Both the position numbers and the translations under genes were made by a program. This document shows, one piece after another, positions 44,186 through 61,069 of a DNA stretch of 64,000 bases. Numbering within the stretch: the first letter of the stretch is position 1; every line of letters begins with the position of its first letter. Below the pieces are notes generated by a model. It was not told the DNA's origin. It worked only from the letters and a program-made list of their open reading frames with translations, and ran no database searches. Origin of the DNA: the human T2T-CHM13v2.0 reference genome, Homo sapiens. The stretch lies in NCBI RefSeq assembly GCF_009914755.1, contig NC_060934.1, one strand, 5' to 3'.

Positions 44186-45207
44186 GTACCCTAATTTTCT
44201 TTGTAAAGACACATGACTATCCCAGCAATGCTAAAGGGAATATGCTAGAATTGAGAGAAAAATGTTTGGATGTTAACTCAGTAATTCTTATAAGTGACAT
44301 GAAAACTAAAGCTTTACTTTAAGAAGTTGTGTCTGTCAGGAATTTTGAAATTTACTTTTTAATATCTGAGTAGTAGAACTAGCTATATAAATCATCTCAT
44401 CAGCATTTTCAAGTTGAAATTAGGCCAACCTCCTGCCACAAGTGTTTTCGTGGACCTGGCTACTCGTGGACATTGGCTACTCAGTGTACAGCTATTAGTT
44501 GTGTAGCCTTGGGTAAAAGTGGCTTTCAAACTTTTTTCAGTATATTTTGCATCATGACCCAATCATGACACACACGAACCACTTTACATCTCTGAAATAA
44601 ATCTCTCTTACAACACAGAAAACGCTATTTTCTGTTATGTTTCATTTCAAAAAATATTGGTTACAATGTACTGTCCCTTTGAACTCTGGAGGAATACAGT
44701 TAAACTTCGACTTTTACAGTTATGCTGGAGCAAAGCTTGCCAACGAATTTGCTGTTAAATATTGAAATTAGAAGATTTTTAAATAGATTTTTATTTGGAA
44801 CTTTAATAGAAAATCATAGTTAATATCTCCATTAATACTCTTATCTTTTCCTAAATACATAATATAAAGAAAATGGAATATTTTTTACCAAGCCCTGTGA
44901 ATCTGCCCCTCAGTCTCCTCCTTTTTACTCCAGTCTGCTATACAAGCTTTGTCTTATTTATGCATACCCTATTAGTGAGAACTAATACACATACCATGAC
45001 ATGAAAAGCATTGAGAAGGCTTTTCTAGAGAACTAGATATAATGTGTCATGTACATTAGATATAGAGTGTCAGATTACCATTGATAAACCCTTTCTTTAT
45101 CTTCATCACCAGAGTTGTCTCCCAGAGCTCCGTGGAATTTCCTTTCTCTGCTTTAACGTACTTTTAAAAGGTAATTTTACTAAAAAATGCATATGGTAAA
45201 AAGATGA

Positions 45208-45732
<525 letters not shown>

Positions 45733-46049
45733 TAGTACTTTATTGTGTGGATGGATGTACTGTAACTCAGTTATTCCTCCTTTGATGGATATTTGGATCA
45801 TTTCCAAGTTAGTTCCCATCCCCTCTCCATCAGACGTACTTATGCTATCAGTCTTCTCCTACCTCCGTTTTGGGATAGAACCCAGAACTGGGGTACTATA
45901 GGGAAGGTATAATAGTGCTGTGTGGAAATAGAAAATTCCCTTACCAACTTCTATGTATCAGACTAGGGCTCCAAAACTAGGCCGCACTATCCCAGGCATT
46001 CATGGGTCGGGGTGGGTAAGAACTGCCCCAGGAGGAAGTCATTTCTCCT

Positions 46050-46200
46050 CAGAGCAGTGAAAGAACATTGGGTTCAAAGTCGGGTAACTTGGGTGTGGTA
46101 TTGGGGTGGGTCACCTGACCTCCTTGAATCCTCAGTTTTACCATCTATAAAATAAGAGATTGAAATAGATGAGTTTTAATGTCCCACCCAACTTCAATAT
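46050..46200 (+). mobile_element. MIR fragment
   Basis: CCTCAGTTTTACCATCTATAAAATAAG. Confidence 0.6.
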
Positions 46201-48899
46201 TTATGTAGTATTTTTGTTGGAATATTGATTTAAACTGGATAACCCAAATTATATGAAGTTTCTCATATTTAAATTAAAAACATCTATTGTATATATTGTG
46301 TGGTCTGTAATTTATTTGACCTTCCATGTGGCCTAAGCTATTTTAAAGTTTAAGAATGTAAAAAAGGAAAGTTGAATATCATTCTATATTTTACATAAAC
46401 TATCCTTTTCTCAAAAGTCAATTTCAAAAGTATAAAACCCATTCCAGAATTAAAAGCAAATCCTTTTTATCAAGCTTGAATATTTGAGGAGGAAGATTGT
46501 GAAGTTATGTTTGTTTTTAAAATGGATCCTTATAATTTTTCAGTGAGTCCGACCATTCAGAAGTAATCCTAGGGCTTTGAAACTTGGCTTCAGGTTTCTT
46601 GTTTAAACTGTTTGCACATTCTAGCCCTTTAATCCATCTCCTTGTTTCGTTAAATGCTAAAACTGACATTACTTAACATAATTAAAGTTTTCAGATTTGA
46701 TGCTGAGGAAGCTGCTTTAGAGGTGAACTATATCCTGCCAGCAAAGTTACAAAGTTACATGGCAAAGTTATAAAGTAACAAAAGCAGTATTTTTGCTGTA
46801 TCACACATAGGATATTTAGCATTGGGTAGCATTACCTGTTTCACAGTTTTAGTTTCATAATTCAATCAAATGACAGCTGTTCTAAAGATAAAATGATGTA
46901 AGGACTTCAATTGATTTGTGTAATTACAACTGGAAGATAAAAGACATTTTCTTGGCCAATAAGGTAGGAGAGAGAGTTTGTATGTTTGTGTGGTGGTTAC
47001 CTTAGTTTCTTTGCAGAAGGCTTAATATACCTTGAATATACTTTTCTATAATCTGAGATATTATTATTATTCAAATAATGCTAGATAATTATTAGTGTTC
47101 CTTGTTAATTTTCATACGCATTTTTTGACATACAATTCCACTTAGCAAAATGTATCGAAGACCTTCTAGCAGCCAAGCACTGAGTTAAATGCTAGGAGTA
47201 CCTAGGTAACTGAGACAGTCTTGCTTAGAATCCTCTAAAATGACAACTGCTCCTGTTCCTTGCGTTGTTGGAGCTTTCTAATATCCACTGGTGATTGGAA
47301 CTTGGCAAAAAATATATATATATTTAAATTCGAATCTGTGAAAATAGATGAAAAGTATGTTTTCAGTGTTTAAAAAGAAGGTCTTAATGTCTTAGTACAG
47401 TGTCAGTTACTTTGGAGGCACACTCTTCTGTATGAGGCTCTGCTGGTGACACCAGTTTCTCACTAATTGAACTCTAAGTAATGCTGTGGTGCTTGGACTA
47501 ATTAATTGAGGCTAAATTTTTGTCTACTAAAACGTATCTGATGTATAAAAAACTGTTGGAATTATTGTGCTTCACCTATTATGATTTTTTAACAATTGCT
47601 TATATGAAACCACGCTTGAAAATGGTCACCCTCTGTTTTGAAGATACATCCTGATGGCTTCTTTGTCAAATTACCCCATCCATTGTGGCATGTATAACTA
47701 AGGAAATTCTTCATAGTTAGAAATATACAGGATGCTGCTGTCTACAGGATGTTGAACAAACTTTGAAGCATTTGAAGCCATTTTAGGAAAACAGTCCTAT
47801 GGTGGCAAAATCAGTCAAATAGATTGTAGTTTGAGCTGAAACAGACATTTTAAACGAGAGAAGGGGAAGTCTCATTACCCTGGTCTGTTACGCAGTCCCA
47901 GAAGGCACTGCTGTTTCTGCTTTGGAGCCCAGCATTTGGCTAGGGTCCTGTGACACACAGTGGGAATTCACTTCCTATCAGGAAATGCTGTTTTTCAATG
48001 TATTATCTTGCTGAGACAACCACAGTGAACAATAGGCTATTAACGTTTTAGAACAACAAGTGTCATGACTAAGCCAATATTTGCTTTGTTTTGAGTATCA
48101 CTCTAAAAAAAAACTTTGGCTGAGCTTCAGAATACATTTGACCATCAGTAACTGTTGGGCATAAAAGTCATGACAGTTAAAAAGATCAGAAAAAAAATGC
48201 TTTAATAGTGGTTATGACCTTTTGCAGGCTTAGCTTACTCTACACACTTCCTGTCCTTAGATGAGAATGAATTATTTTAAACATACCTTTTGGGTATGAA
48301 AAATGTCCATTTAAAGACCTATTTTGAGTTTTGGAAGCCATGAATTCAAGTTCTGTAAAACATTAAACTGTCTTACGAGATAGCTTATTCGGTTTACTTC
48401 TCTCCACAATTATTAATAAACTGGAAAGTCCTTAAGGGCAGGAATCAGAGCTGTGCCTTAAATAGTCTTTATAACCTTTTTCTAACACCTGAATTAGCAT
48501 TTGCTGATTGATTGGATCAGTAGTTTCTTTGGTGTTTGAAGATAACATTTTTGTATCATTATTTGTACGTGGTCTCAAAACATGGCGGTAAATATAGATT
48601 TTTAGAAATTGCTCTTTTTATGTATGTATTTACTTATTTTAAGTATTTCCAGATACCGATAATGCTCTTCTCATATCTTCACACTTTTTTTGTGTAATTA
48701 CTTTTCAGTCAGCTTAAGACATTTCATATTCAGGTCACAATATTCATTACCTCAACCATCTTGGATACTTGGCCAGTCTTATCAAACCACGAATAGCCCA
48801 GTTTTCAGAGTTTGCTCTAGAATCCCTGTCCTGGTTTATTCTAAGACAAGTAGAGAATGGGGGTATTATGAGTCAAGAGCCTTACTCACCTCAGTGAGT

Positions 48900-49447
<548 letters not shown>

Positions 49448-51690
49448 TTAGGAAGAGTCATTTCCCTCTAAACCTAATTAATAGGGATGGACTTTGAAGT
49501 CTTTCCTATCGTTTTTTCAGGGCCTGAATTTTAGAAGCCCCAGGCTGATAGCTAAGTATTTTTTAAAGATGGGACTTCCTGGATGCTTTTTTATTTCCTT
49601 GGGGCAGGGACTGAGGAAATGGTGTTTTTGGAAAACTATAGTAGTTGGCTTTGTGCTTCTTTGTTGCAACCAAGGATCCCAGGGTTGTAGTACTCTTACT
49701 ACCTTTTAAAGGTTTAAAATAACACTTTCTAGCACTTTACAACTTGACAGAACCTTTCCTAGACAATAGAGATCAAAAGTAGACACAAAATATTTACCAA
49801 ACTCTGGAGAGCTACTTAAGTTACTAAGCTCCTCATAGATAGCTTTTTATTTGACAATAAAGTACTTGATGTAGGCTTTAAGTACAGCTAAATAGACACT
49901 ATAGAACTAAGCTGTGAGTCTAGTCTTTGTGAGCCTCAGAAAAACAAGAGTCCTACTTCAAGCTGGAATTTAAAATATAGCAAGCAATTTCAGTGGACCT
50001 TTTAGGCATGTGTGAGTGGGCACAAAAAGCTGAGTCATGAAGTTTACTCTTCCTGGTGAATTACCATGAAAGCTTGAAAGAAAAGCACTCTCATTATTTT
50101 AAAATAGTAAAAATTGTTTTAGATTCTTATGGAAATAACACCAACAAAATGTTTTGTATATTAATCATGAGCACATACCTAGAAACCCTTTAAAATCAAG
50201 AAATTGTAACATGAGGCATTACCTGGCTTTTTAGAGATAAAAGTTAACAGTTTATTTAATGTACAGTAGCACCTGAAATGTGCTTAAAATTGTGCTTACC
50301 AAAATCTTTAGTTAAATAAATTTCTAAGTGCAGTTCATGTTTTAAATTTTTCTTATATGAACAGATCATATGGTCTACAGTCTTATGTATCTCATTCTAA
50401 TGTAGATAAAGTGAAAAGTATTGGGTAAGATAAATTGAGGGACTTGGGACACGTCACTCTCTCTCTCAGGATCTGTTCTACCTTTCTCCATATGAGAAAT
50501 GAGGTAGAATAAGATTTGATAATATCTTACATCCTTTTAAGCTCTAACATCTTTAAATTCTAAGGATAGTATTCCTCTTTTGGCTCTCATTAGGTAATAT
50601 CAGGGAAAACAACTCCTCTTGTTGGAAGAGTTCTTATTTATATTTACAAAGCAATGTTGTTTCTCTACAATCCTAACAAACGTATGAAAGTTATTCTTTG
50701 TTGTTTTAAAGTCTGCATTTCTGTTGTTTTTGATAAACTTTCCTCCATAAATTAAATAGTTAATTAGTTTAATGTTTTCTCTTTTTCCTGAATTTGATAT
50801 TAGACTTCTCAGGTCTTTTTCCAGATTTTCTCACTTTTTATTGAGAGTTCAGTTTCCAGCAGTGGACTGGAGACTTGGGTTGTTGTCTCTTTATCTTCTC
50901 ATTATTTCCAGTTTCTTCATGTTAGAAATAATTTTAATTCCCCCCCATTTTTTGATATGAATTAGTTTGGTGTCATAAAATATCAATGTATACATACATT
51001 TTTAGAATTCTTGTTCATATCAACTAGGCCTACTTTTCAAAGCTAAATCCTGTTTTATCAGGAAAGAGCCTAGACCTCTTTAAATGCACCCACAAGCTTG
51101 CATGGCAGTTAATGTCCAACACAGTTCAAAATGAAATAATGGGGCATATATAATCTGGAGACCAGGATCTAGAGAACTTTTTCTAAAGTTCATAATTATA
51201 GTTTAGATTACACTTTGTTGAAGATTTAATTTGGTGAATACCCAGGGGATTTTACTGACTGGAATCCAGGTAAACAGTCAGGAGCAGATTCCCAGAAATG
51301 GGCAATAGGAATGAGTCCAGGTATGTGAACAGTCAATATGAGTGAGATTCAGTAGGTGTCAAACTGTAGCACATAGGCAGAGTTTAGGGACAGGGAATTT
51401 TTGGCAAAGGGTGGTAATTGGTAGAAGTCCAGATCCAATCAGTACCAGGGAGATCTGCATGGCATCGGAGATCTACTGCCATATGCAAAGATGTGAGCTA
51501 TCAGGTGACCTCAGGGAACAGTGGCAAATGATAGAAGGGTCTAAGACTGAGACGTGGGCCCTAGGGTTCAGGCATAGACCTTCAATTGTAAAAGTATTTG
51601 AAGTTACCTGATAGAGAAACAAGAAAGTGAATTAGGCTGCTTGAGAGTGAGTGGAGTGGCTCAGAATTTAATGATTAAGAAACAGACTTG

Positions 51691-52690
<1,000 letters not shown>

Positions 52691-52740
52691 GAGTGGGAAC
52701 AACTGCAAGACTGACTTGATGCTGAGAGATACTAAACTAG

Positions 52741-53199
<459 letters not shown>

Positions 53200-53658
53200 T
53201 GAGCAAGTGGCTTTTAAGTCCATCCTTGCTTAAGTGAAAATATATTCCGTAGTATTTTATGATTTAGTAACTGCTTTAACAGTGTTTCCGCTATGATGGA
53301 AGCAGTAGAGCCTGCTGCATCTTTAATTTGTGGTTGGCCTTCATTATGAATCTTCAGTTTTACAAAGAAATTTTTGTTCATCTGATGTGACAAGAATGTT
53401 CATATTTTTCTTGCTTTAGATTTCCTTGGAAACACTGACTGACAGGGTAGTTGGCAAAGGTCATGCCATTGTGGAAAACCAGAATGTTGCATTGTACTTA
53501 TGTATATCAGATGTCTTGTTCAGGTTAGTGTTTTGACGATTTGTTATTTCTGAAGAGCTGACATTGATTCTGCAAAGGTGTGCTATCTATTCACACTGTT
53601 GATGGTAAAATGCTTTCAAAAATAGATATTAGGATGGAAATTCCTTTGGAACAGTATA

Positions 53659-54114
53659 TGTGTTAGTTTCCTAGAACTGCTATATAACAAAGTACTGCAA
53701 TCCCGGTGGCTAAAAACAACAGATCTATTCTCTTACAGTTCCGGAGGCCAGAGGTCCAAAATCAAGGTGTTGGCAGGATTGGTTCATTCTGAGGGGTCTG
53801 AGGGAAAAATCTATTCCATGCCCCTCCCCGGGCTTCTCATGGTTCCCAGCTTGGTCCCTAGGCTTGTGCTGCATCGGTTCAATCTCTGCCCTGTCATCAT
53901 AGGGCTTTTTTCTTCCTTTGTGTCTTTTTTGTTACTTGGTGTCCAAATCTCTCTCACTTTCCTCTTATAAAGATACTAGTCGTTGGATTTAGGACTCACC
54001 CTAATCCAGTATGATCTCAACTTAATTTGATCTACAAACCCTATTTTCAAATAGGCCACACTGTGAGCTTCTGGGGACATGAATTTTTAGGGAAGACACT
54101 ATTCAACCACTATA
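53659..54114 (-). mobile_element. MLT1B/C-like MaLR solo LTR
   Basis: TGTGTTAGTTTCCTAG...CAGTTCCGGAGGCCAGAGGTCCAAAATCAAGGTG...CACTATTCAACCACTATA; TSD GTATA / GTACA. Confidence 0.85.
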
Positions 54115-55544
54115 GTACAGTAGTATGGCTGAATGTCAATCTTTAGATCTAAAAGATGATACATTTGAAAAAGCAAGTTTTTGACAAATCCGTTTTGAGA
54201 AACAGATTTCTGAAATTGATAAAAATCTCTTTTTGTGAACTTGCACTTAAAACCATCAACCAATTGCTAAAGTGGCAGGTTATAACCAAAAAGTATTTTT
54301 GCAAGTAGTTTTCAAGTACCATTATCTGTGCTTAATAAGATGCATTTTCATGGCACAATATTAGGCGTTTCATAAACAAAACAGATCAAGTTGTGATGAT
54401 CTTGAAATGTTCCTTAGCAGCCAAAATCGGAAGGCAGAAACTCCTCCTTCAAATCCAACTGCTTTGCAGTTGCAGTGTGTTGAGTTGCCTACAGTTTTTG
54501 GATTGACTTTTGCAGCTGTATTTTTTATAAGTTATGAAAGCCAAAAGTCTTTAGCTTGAATATCTGAAATAGTAGATCAAAATGAACTCTTGGTAATTAT
54601 ACCCTGTGGTTCTTTAATATTTTTTTGTGTATTTTCCTCCAATTTTTAAAATAAGGAACTTTGTCTCATTTTTTTGTGCCTTTCCATCCCTCCCTTTCCC
54701 CCACCGTGGCACGTCACAATGACTGTATTAGGAATGGAACACAGAAACATAGTCCATGGTAACAAATCAGTTTCCTAGACTAGCCTTTTCAATGCATATT
54801 TATTTTGCAGACTCAGCTCATTTTTAATAATAAGCTTTGTTGGATTATTTGCATTTCTTCAGTTAAAATCTAATTTCAGCTTGTGAAATAGGTAGATGTA
54901 AGATTGGAATTTGGGGAAGTTAAATTTCCTATATTATTTGTATTTGAATATTCATTTGAGAAAAGGTCCACTGAGATTTGTAGAGTGGGTATGCAGTAAA
55001 GTATGAAGTATGTGAGAGTTGATGTTTCTTTAAAAAATAAAAATAAAAAAAAAGCTTTTTGCCTAGAAAGACTACCAAATAAGAATCAAAGACTTACGGT
55101 ATCTCCTGAAATTGAGAGCAATGAATGTTTATTTAAAAATAATAATTTCTAGTGATTCCTCTTTTTAAAACCTCTCATTTATCATGAGCTGTCAAGCTCT
55201 GGATAGTTTCCTGGATCTCAATTTTAAAATTTTCTCTAATAGCAGGGAACTCAACAGAAACTAAATGTCTGAGACGCACATCTAAGTAATCAATCCACTA
55301 GTCTCTGTCAGCTTTCTCTAAGGAAGGGGTTGGGATGTGGGGTGGGGAACCCTTCTTTTGTTTCTCAACCATTTTCCAAAACTCCACATTGAAGACAAAT
55401 GGTGACTAAGGGAATATATATAGAATGTTCATTATATTTTGTAGAAAGGAGAGTAAAGGCTCACCAAGGCTGTGTGTCTTTGGGTTCTGTAAGATACTTG
55501 AGGGATTGCCTTTCTGTGGTTGATTGTTTTACTCATTTCATAGG

Positions 55545-55615
55545 AATATATATATATGTACACACACATATGTATATATGATATATGTTTATAATATATA
55601 TGATATATATATAAA
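55545..55615. repeat. Imperfect TA/CA low-complexity repeat
   Basis: Seen directly. Confidence 0.8.
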
Positions 55616-56036
55616 ATCAGTTTCATATTTACTTTTCCAAATGGTTTATGTTGGGAACAATTCAAGTTAATGTTAGATAATGATTAATGATTGAGTTTGG
55701 ACTTGAAGAAATACTTTCTCTGAACTTTCTGTACATGTTTTCAACTTTGTAACCCTGCCCCTTGTATGGCCATTGTAATTGGTAAATTTGACCTAATTAT
55801 AATAAAGATTTTTATTTCAAGTTACCAGTGAATGTTATTTTCACCTCTACCAATGTCTAAGCAAGTAACTGCCTCTCTTCCTCTCCCAACCCCCACCATC
55901 ACCTCAAGTACAGAAATCTGTTTGCCTCACTGTTCCTTGTAACAGGTAACGTAGATCAATAAAATATCCTTCGTCGTTAGTGACACAGAGGTTAGACTGA
56001 TCCTCAGCATTGTCCAACTCTGTCTTTAGTCTTTGA

Positions 56037-56457
<421 letters not shown>

Positions 56458-57247
56458 TAACTGCTTTGTTCCAATTGTACAATCACAAGGAGACTCATGT
56501 TTGCCAAGAGTTTATATTAATTCATATTATATTTTTATTTGTAAAACAAAATTTGAAACTGAAACACCCTCTTAGCTGTGGCCTCCAATTGACACATATT
56601 TTATCTTTTTTGAATGACTGCTTAGTCAGACATCAACTTCCATTAAGTACAGAACATTTAGTACCGCAGTGGGTTGCTGTTACTATTTTATTTTATTTTG
56701 TTATTGTTGTGGGGGTTTTTTCCCTTGACTTTAAGTTGGATTTTAAACTAAGGCTCAGTCCTAACTTTTACTAAACAACTATAGATTTATTATTTCCTGG
56801 ACTTTATATTGAGGTTTAGAATTTAGTTTTATTTTAAAGATAACAAGTCATTTCAAAAGAACAAAAACGGGGTTCAGGAATTTAAGAATAATACGGATCA
56901 ATCTGACAATTCCAGCAGTAGGCCAGAGAGGTAGGTAGGTTTCCACATGTGTAGGTTTGATAGCCATGGAAGACTTTGTGCAAATTTTATTGCTACTTTT
57001 AGAATATTTACTATTTCCACTTTGGTATTGAGTATTGTGATCATATAATATTTTCATCCCCCCTCCCCCAAATAAAGTCAGTGATCTAATGGCTGGATAT
57101 ATCTTTAGGAAATGATAGTCCTTTGAGCCATCTCATATTTTTTGGCTAACTCCACCATGCCTGTTAAGATCTATAACCATGAGTAATTTCCTTATTTGTG
57201 AGAAGAACCTTTGGTAATCTGAGACAAATTTATTAAACCTCAGTTTT

Positions 57248-58662
57248 TATACTACAAGACTACAGTAACTAAAACAGCCTGGTACTGGTTCAAAAACAGA
57301 CACATAGACCAATGGAACAGGTTAGAGAACCCAGAAATAAAGCCACACACATACAACCATCTGATCTTTGACAAAGTCAACAATAACAAGCAACGGGGAA
57401 AGGATTCCCTATTCAATAAATGGTGCTGGGATAATTGACTAGCCATCATATGCAGAAGATTGAAACTGGACCTTTTCCTTTCACCATATACAAAATTCAA
57501 CTCAAGATGGATCAAAGACTTACATGTGAGACCTAAAACTATAAACTCTAGGAGAAAACCTGGATTTCACGATGAAGTCTCCAAAAGCAATTGCAAAAAA
57601 ACAAAAATAAACTAGTATGACATAATTAAAGAGCCTTCTGCACGGCAAAAGAAACTATCAACGTAGAAAACAGACAACCTGCAGAATGGTAGAAAATATT
57701 TACAAACTATGCATCCAACAAAGGTGTAATATCCAGAGTTTATGAGGAACTTAACCCAACAGGTAAACAACCCCTTAAGAAAATAGTCTCAAAGGACATG
57801 AACATCCACTTCTCAGAAGACATACACACAAGTCAACATGCATATGGAAAAATGCTCAACATCACTAATCATCAGAGAAGTGCAGATCAAAACCACAGGG
57901 AGATACCTTCTCATACCAGTCAGGATGACTGTTATTAAAATGTCAGAAAATAACAGATGTTGGCGAGGTTGTGGAGAAAACGGAACACTTATACACTGCT
58001 GTCCAGCCACTGTGGAAAGCAGGAGGTTTCTCACAGAATTTAAAACAGAACTACCATTCAACCCAGCAATCCCATTTACTGGGTGTATACCCAAAGGAAT
58101 ATAAATTATTCTACCAAAAAGACACAAGCGCAAATATGTTCATTGCAGCACTATCCACAATAGCAAAGACATGGAATCAATCACCTAGATGTCCATAACA
58201 GTGGTCTGAATGAAGAAAATTTGGTACATATATACCTTCGAATACTATGCAACCATAAAAAAAACATGAAATCATGTCCTTTGCAGCAACATGGATGCAG
58301 CTGGAGGCTATTACCCTAAGCAAATTAACACAGGAACAGAAAACCAAATACTGCATGTTCTCACCTATAATGGTAACTAAACATTGAATACACATGGACA
58401 CAAAGGTGGGAACAATAGACACCCGGTCTACTTGAGTGGGGAAGGTAGCAGGAGGGTGAAGGCGGAAAAACTGCCTATCAGGTCCTCTGCTCACTTACTT
58501 GGCTTATGAAATCATTTGTACTCCAAACCCCAATGCCGTACAATTTACCTATGTAACAGACCTGCACATGTACCCCCTGAACCTAACATAAAAGGGGTGG
58601 GGAAACATTATGTTGTATACTTTAAATAAATATAATTTTATTTTTTAAACTGAAAAAAAAAA
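57248..58662 (+). mobile_element. 5'-truncated primate L1 (old L1PA/L1PB): ORF2 end, 3' UTR and about 60 bp of extra 3' sequence
   Basis: TACTACAAG...GACCAATGGAACAG...CCCTATTCAATAAATGGTGCTGGG; 3' UTR ending CACATGTACCCCCTGAACCTAA; TSD core CCTCAGTTTT. Confidence 0.93.
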
Positions 58663-58727
58663 CCCCTCAGTTTTCTTATCTATAAAGTTGGGGATACTGG
58701 TCGCCTTTTCATAGAGTTGTGAAGGAT

Positions 58728-59025
58728 TTTTCTTGGAGGCTGGAGAGACAGAGTCTCACTCTGTCACCCATGCTGGAGTGCAGTGGTGCAATCTTGGCTT
58801 ATTGCAACCTCCACCTCCTGGGTTCAAGCAATTCTCTTGCCCCAGCCTCTGAGTAGCTAGGATTACAGACACATGCCACCATGCCCAGCTAATTTTTACA
58901 TTTTTAGTAGAGATGGGGTTTCACCATATTTGCCAGGCTGGTCTCCAACTCCTGACCTCAAGTAATCCGCCCACCTTGGCCTCCCAAAGTGCTGGTATTA
59001 CCAGCGTGAGCCACCACACCTGGCC
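58728..59025 (-). mobile_element. AluS (Sx-like)
   Basis: Antisense dimer; TSD AGAGTTGT(G/A)AAGGAT. Confidence 0.93.
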
Positions 59026-59769
59026 AGAGTTGTAAAGGATATTAAATGAGAAAATCTGTATAGAGCATAGTACCTGGAATTCTGTGATTGCTTTAAAATG
59101 TTTCATTAAATTACTGCTTTTGTAGTTTAGACATGTTTATGTATACATGCATTTCTATTTAGTATCTATATTAGACCAATTTCTATTACCACTTATTTCA
59201 GTTGGTGTATTATACTTGTCTTAACTCTTTAGGTCCCAACAGGATATTTTTCTGAGGTTTGTTTTGTTTCATAATACAGCCCTCAACTCTTTTAATATGA
59301 TGCTAAATTATATTAAAGTGAAACTTAAATACAATTTATTATTACCCAGAGCACAGTCAATGTCATTTTGTTAATAGCTTCTAATTAAGTCATAGTGGTC
59401 ATCTGTCAGGTAAAGAGTTAAGACTTCCTATATACTGATCAATAGCCAACGTAGTCTCCTTTTCAGATGGACTTGAGTCAATTTAGTGGTCCGTACCTTG
59501 CATGTAGTTCCTTTTTGTTTGGAACTCAAAGTTGTGTGGAATGTTCCATGACATTTTATTATACCATTTATCTGCCTGCTCATTGAGCTTCTTCATCTGC
59601 CCATCTCCTAATACTCTTTGTCTTTATGCATCTTATTTATATGTTTTGCTAAGTACTGATGGCAAAGATACTAAGTGTCTTTATGGTGTGTGGGTGTGTG
59701 TGTGTATGTATGAAAAATATATAGTTATGTGAATGTGGTCTTTCCCTGTATCTCAAAATCTTATTGTAC

Positions 59770-59840
59770 TATATTCGCCTATTTTTGAACAGTGGTTGAC
59801 CACAGGTAACTGAAACTGCAGTTAAGGAGGGGAACTACTG
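59770..59840. mobile_element. MER8/Tigger terminal fragment
   Basis: GGTTGACCACAGGTAACTGAAACTGCAG...GGGGAACTACTG|TA. Confidence 0.6.
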
Positions 59841-61069
59841 TATTGATAAAATGTTAGTGAGTACTTTTTAATATTTAATGATGTACTTAAAACTTGTCCC
59901 TTTGGTATTTAGGTCAAATAAACCACCATTATACAACTACCCCACTTGTACATCTATTTTTCTGTGCATGCTAGGCAAACGGACCATTAAGTCTATTACA
60001 AGCACTAGAATTTTAGTTCTTCTTAATAGCCTGTTCCTCTCAGTGGATGGTATTTATAAAATACATCCATAAACATGGCGTGATGGGTCTGTTTTCTTTC
60101 TTATATTTCATTGAAGGAGTAAATTTTGATTATGGGGCAATCTGGATGACATGGTAATGCTAATAAACATCATTATTATGATTTTATAATATGATATTTG
60201 AGCAATGTAACTTTAGAAAAGTCACTCAACACCACTGAGTATAGTTTCCTCTCATCTGTAAAAAGTGATCATTGAATCTAGTCTGAAATATTTCAAGAGA
60301 AGCTCATATAAAATCAATAGCCTTTTAGGAATAAGAGCCTAGTGCTTTGTGGGATAATTAAGTTTTTCTCCATTTGTGCACTTAGTGCCATCTGTATTAC
60401 TCAGTGCTGCTCAATGCCAGGTTCATTTGGGTTTTTTCTCCCATTTTTCTTCATTTTTATCTATTTCTGCTTCAAGTTTTCAGATCTGTCAATTTCCATG
60501 TCAGTTGTATATAAAATTTTGGCTAGCATTTAAAAGCAGCTCATGTCTTTTAGAACTTAAAATGAAGAAAATTTCACTAGTGATCTAAGGATAGTAGCTT
60601 GTCATAGTTTGTGTAGGGTCTAAGTTGTTTTCTAGAACTTCAAATAACTTTAAAATTTCATAGTAACTTTCATCAAGAAAAACTGAAATAGCATTTGTTG
60701 TTTTGTTTTTTAACCAAATATGCTGCTTTGCGGTCTTGGCATATCTTTGATTATTCTTTGAAGTGTGGAAAAATAGGTCTGGTAGTTGAAAGTACAGCCA
60801 TCTCTTTGCTTATTCTAAAGAAAGCTATTCAAACTGCCAAGAATTTTAAGTTTGGAAAGATTTTTTTGTAAGTAATAACTTCTTTTCAAAAGATTGTTTT
60901 TACTATTCCCAGCCTATAAATAATGCAAACCAGATTTATTTGGAAGGAGTTGTGATATAGTAAAGTAACTTAATTCAGCCCCCATTTATGGAGTTCTCGC
61001 CCATTGTGAGGACTACAAGAGAGTCCCCATTCCCAAGCTTGCAAGGTGGTCAGTAGCTTCTCAGGTTGG

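Noticed and set aside
44515-44680. Possible hAT-Charlie fragment
   Set aside because: Only one plausible terminus; not supportable
46108-46121. GGGTCA-CC-TGACCT resembling an oestrogen response element
   Set aside because: 2-bp spacer instead of 3, and it lies in a MIR
47930-47990. Imperfect hairpin closed by CAGCATTT/AAATGCTG
   Set aside because: Stem too bulged for a pre-miRNA; no known RNA recognised
57252-58494. ORFs with L1 ORF2-like peptides
   Set aside because: Frameshifted remnants of a truncated L1
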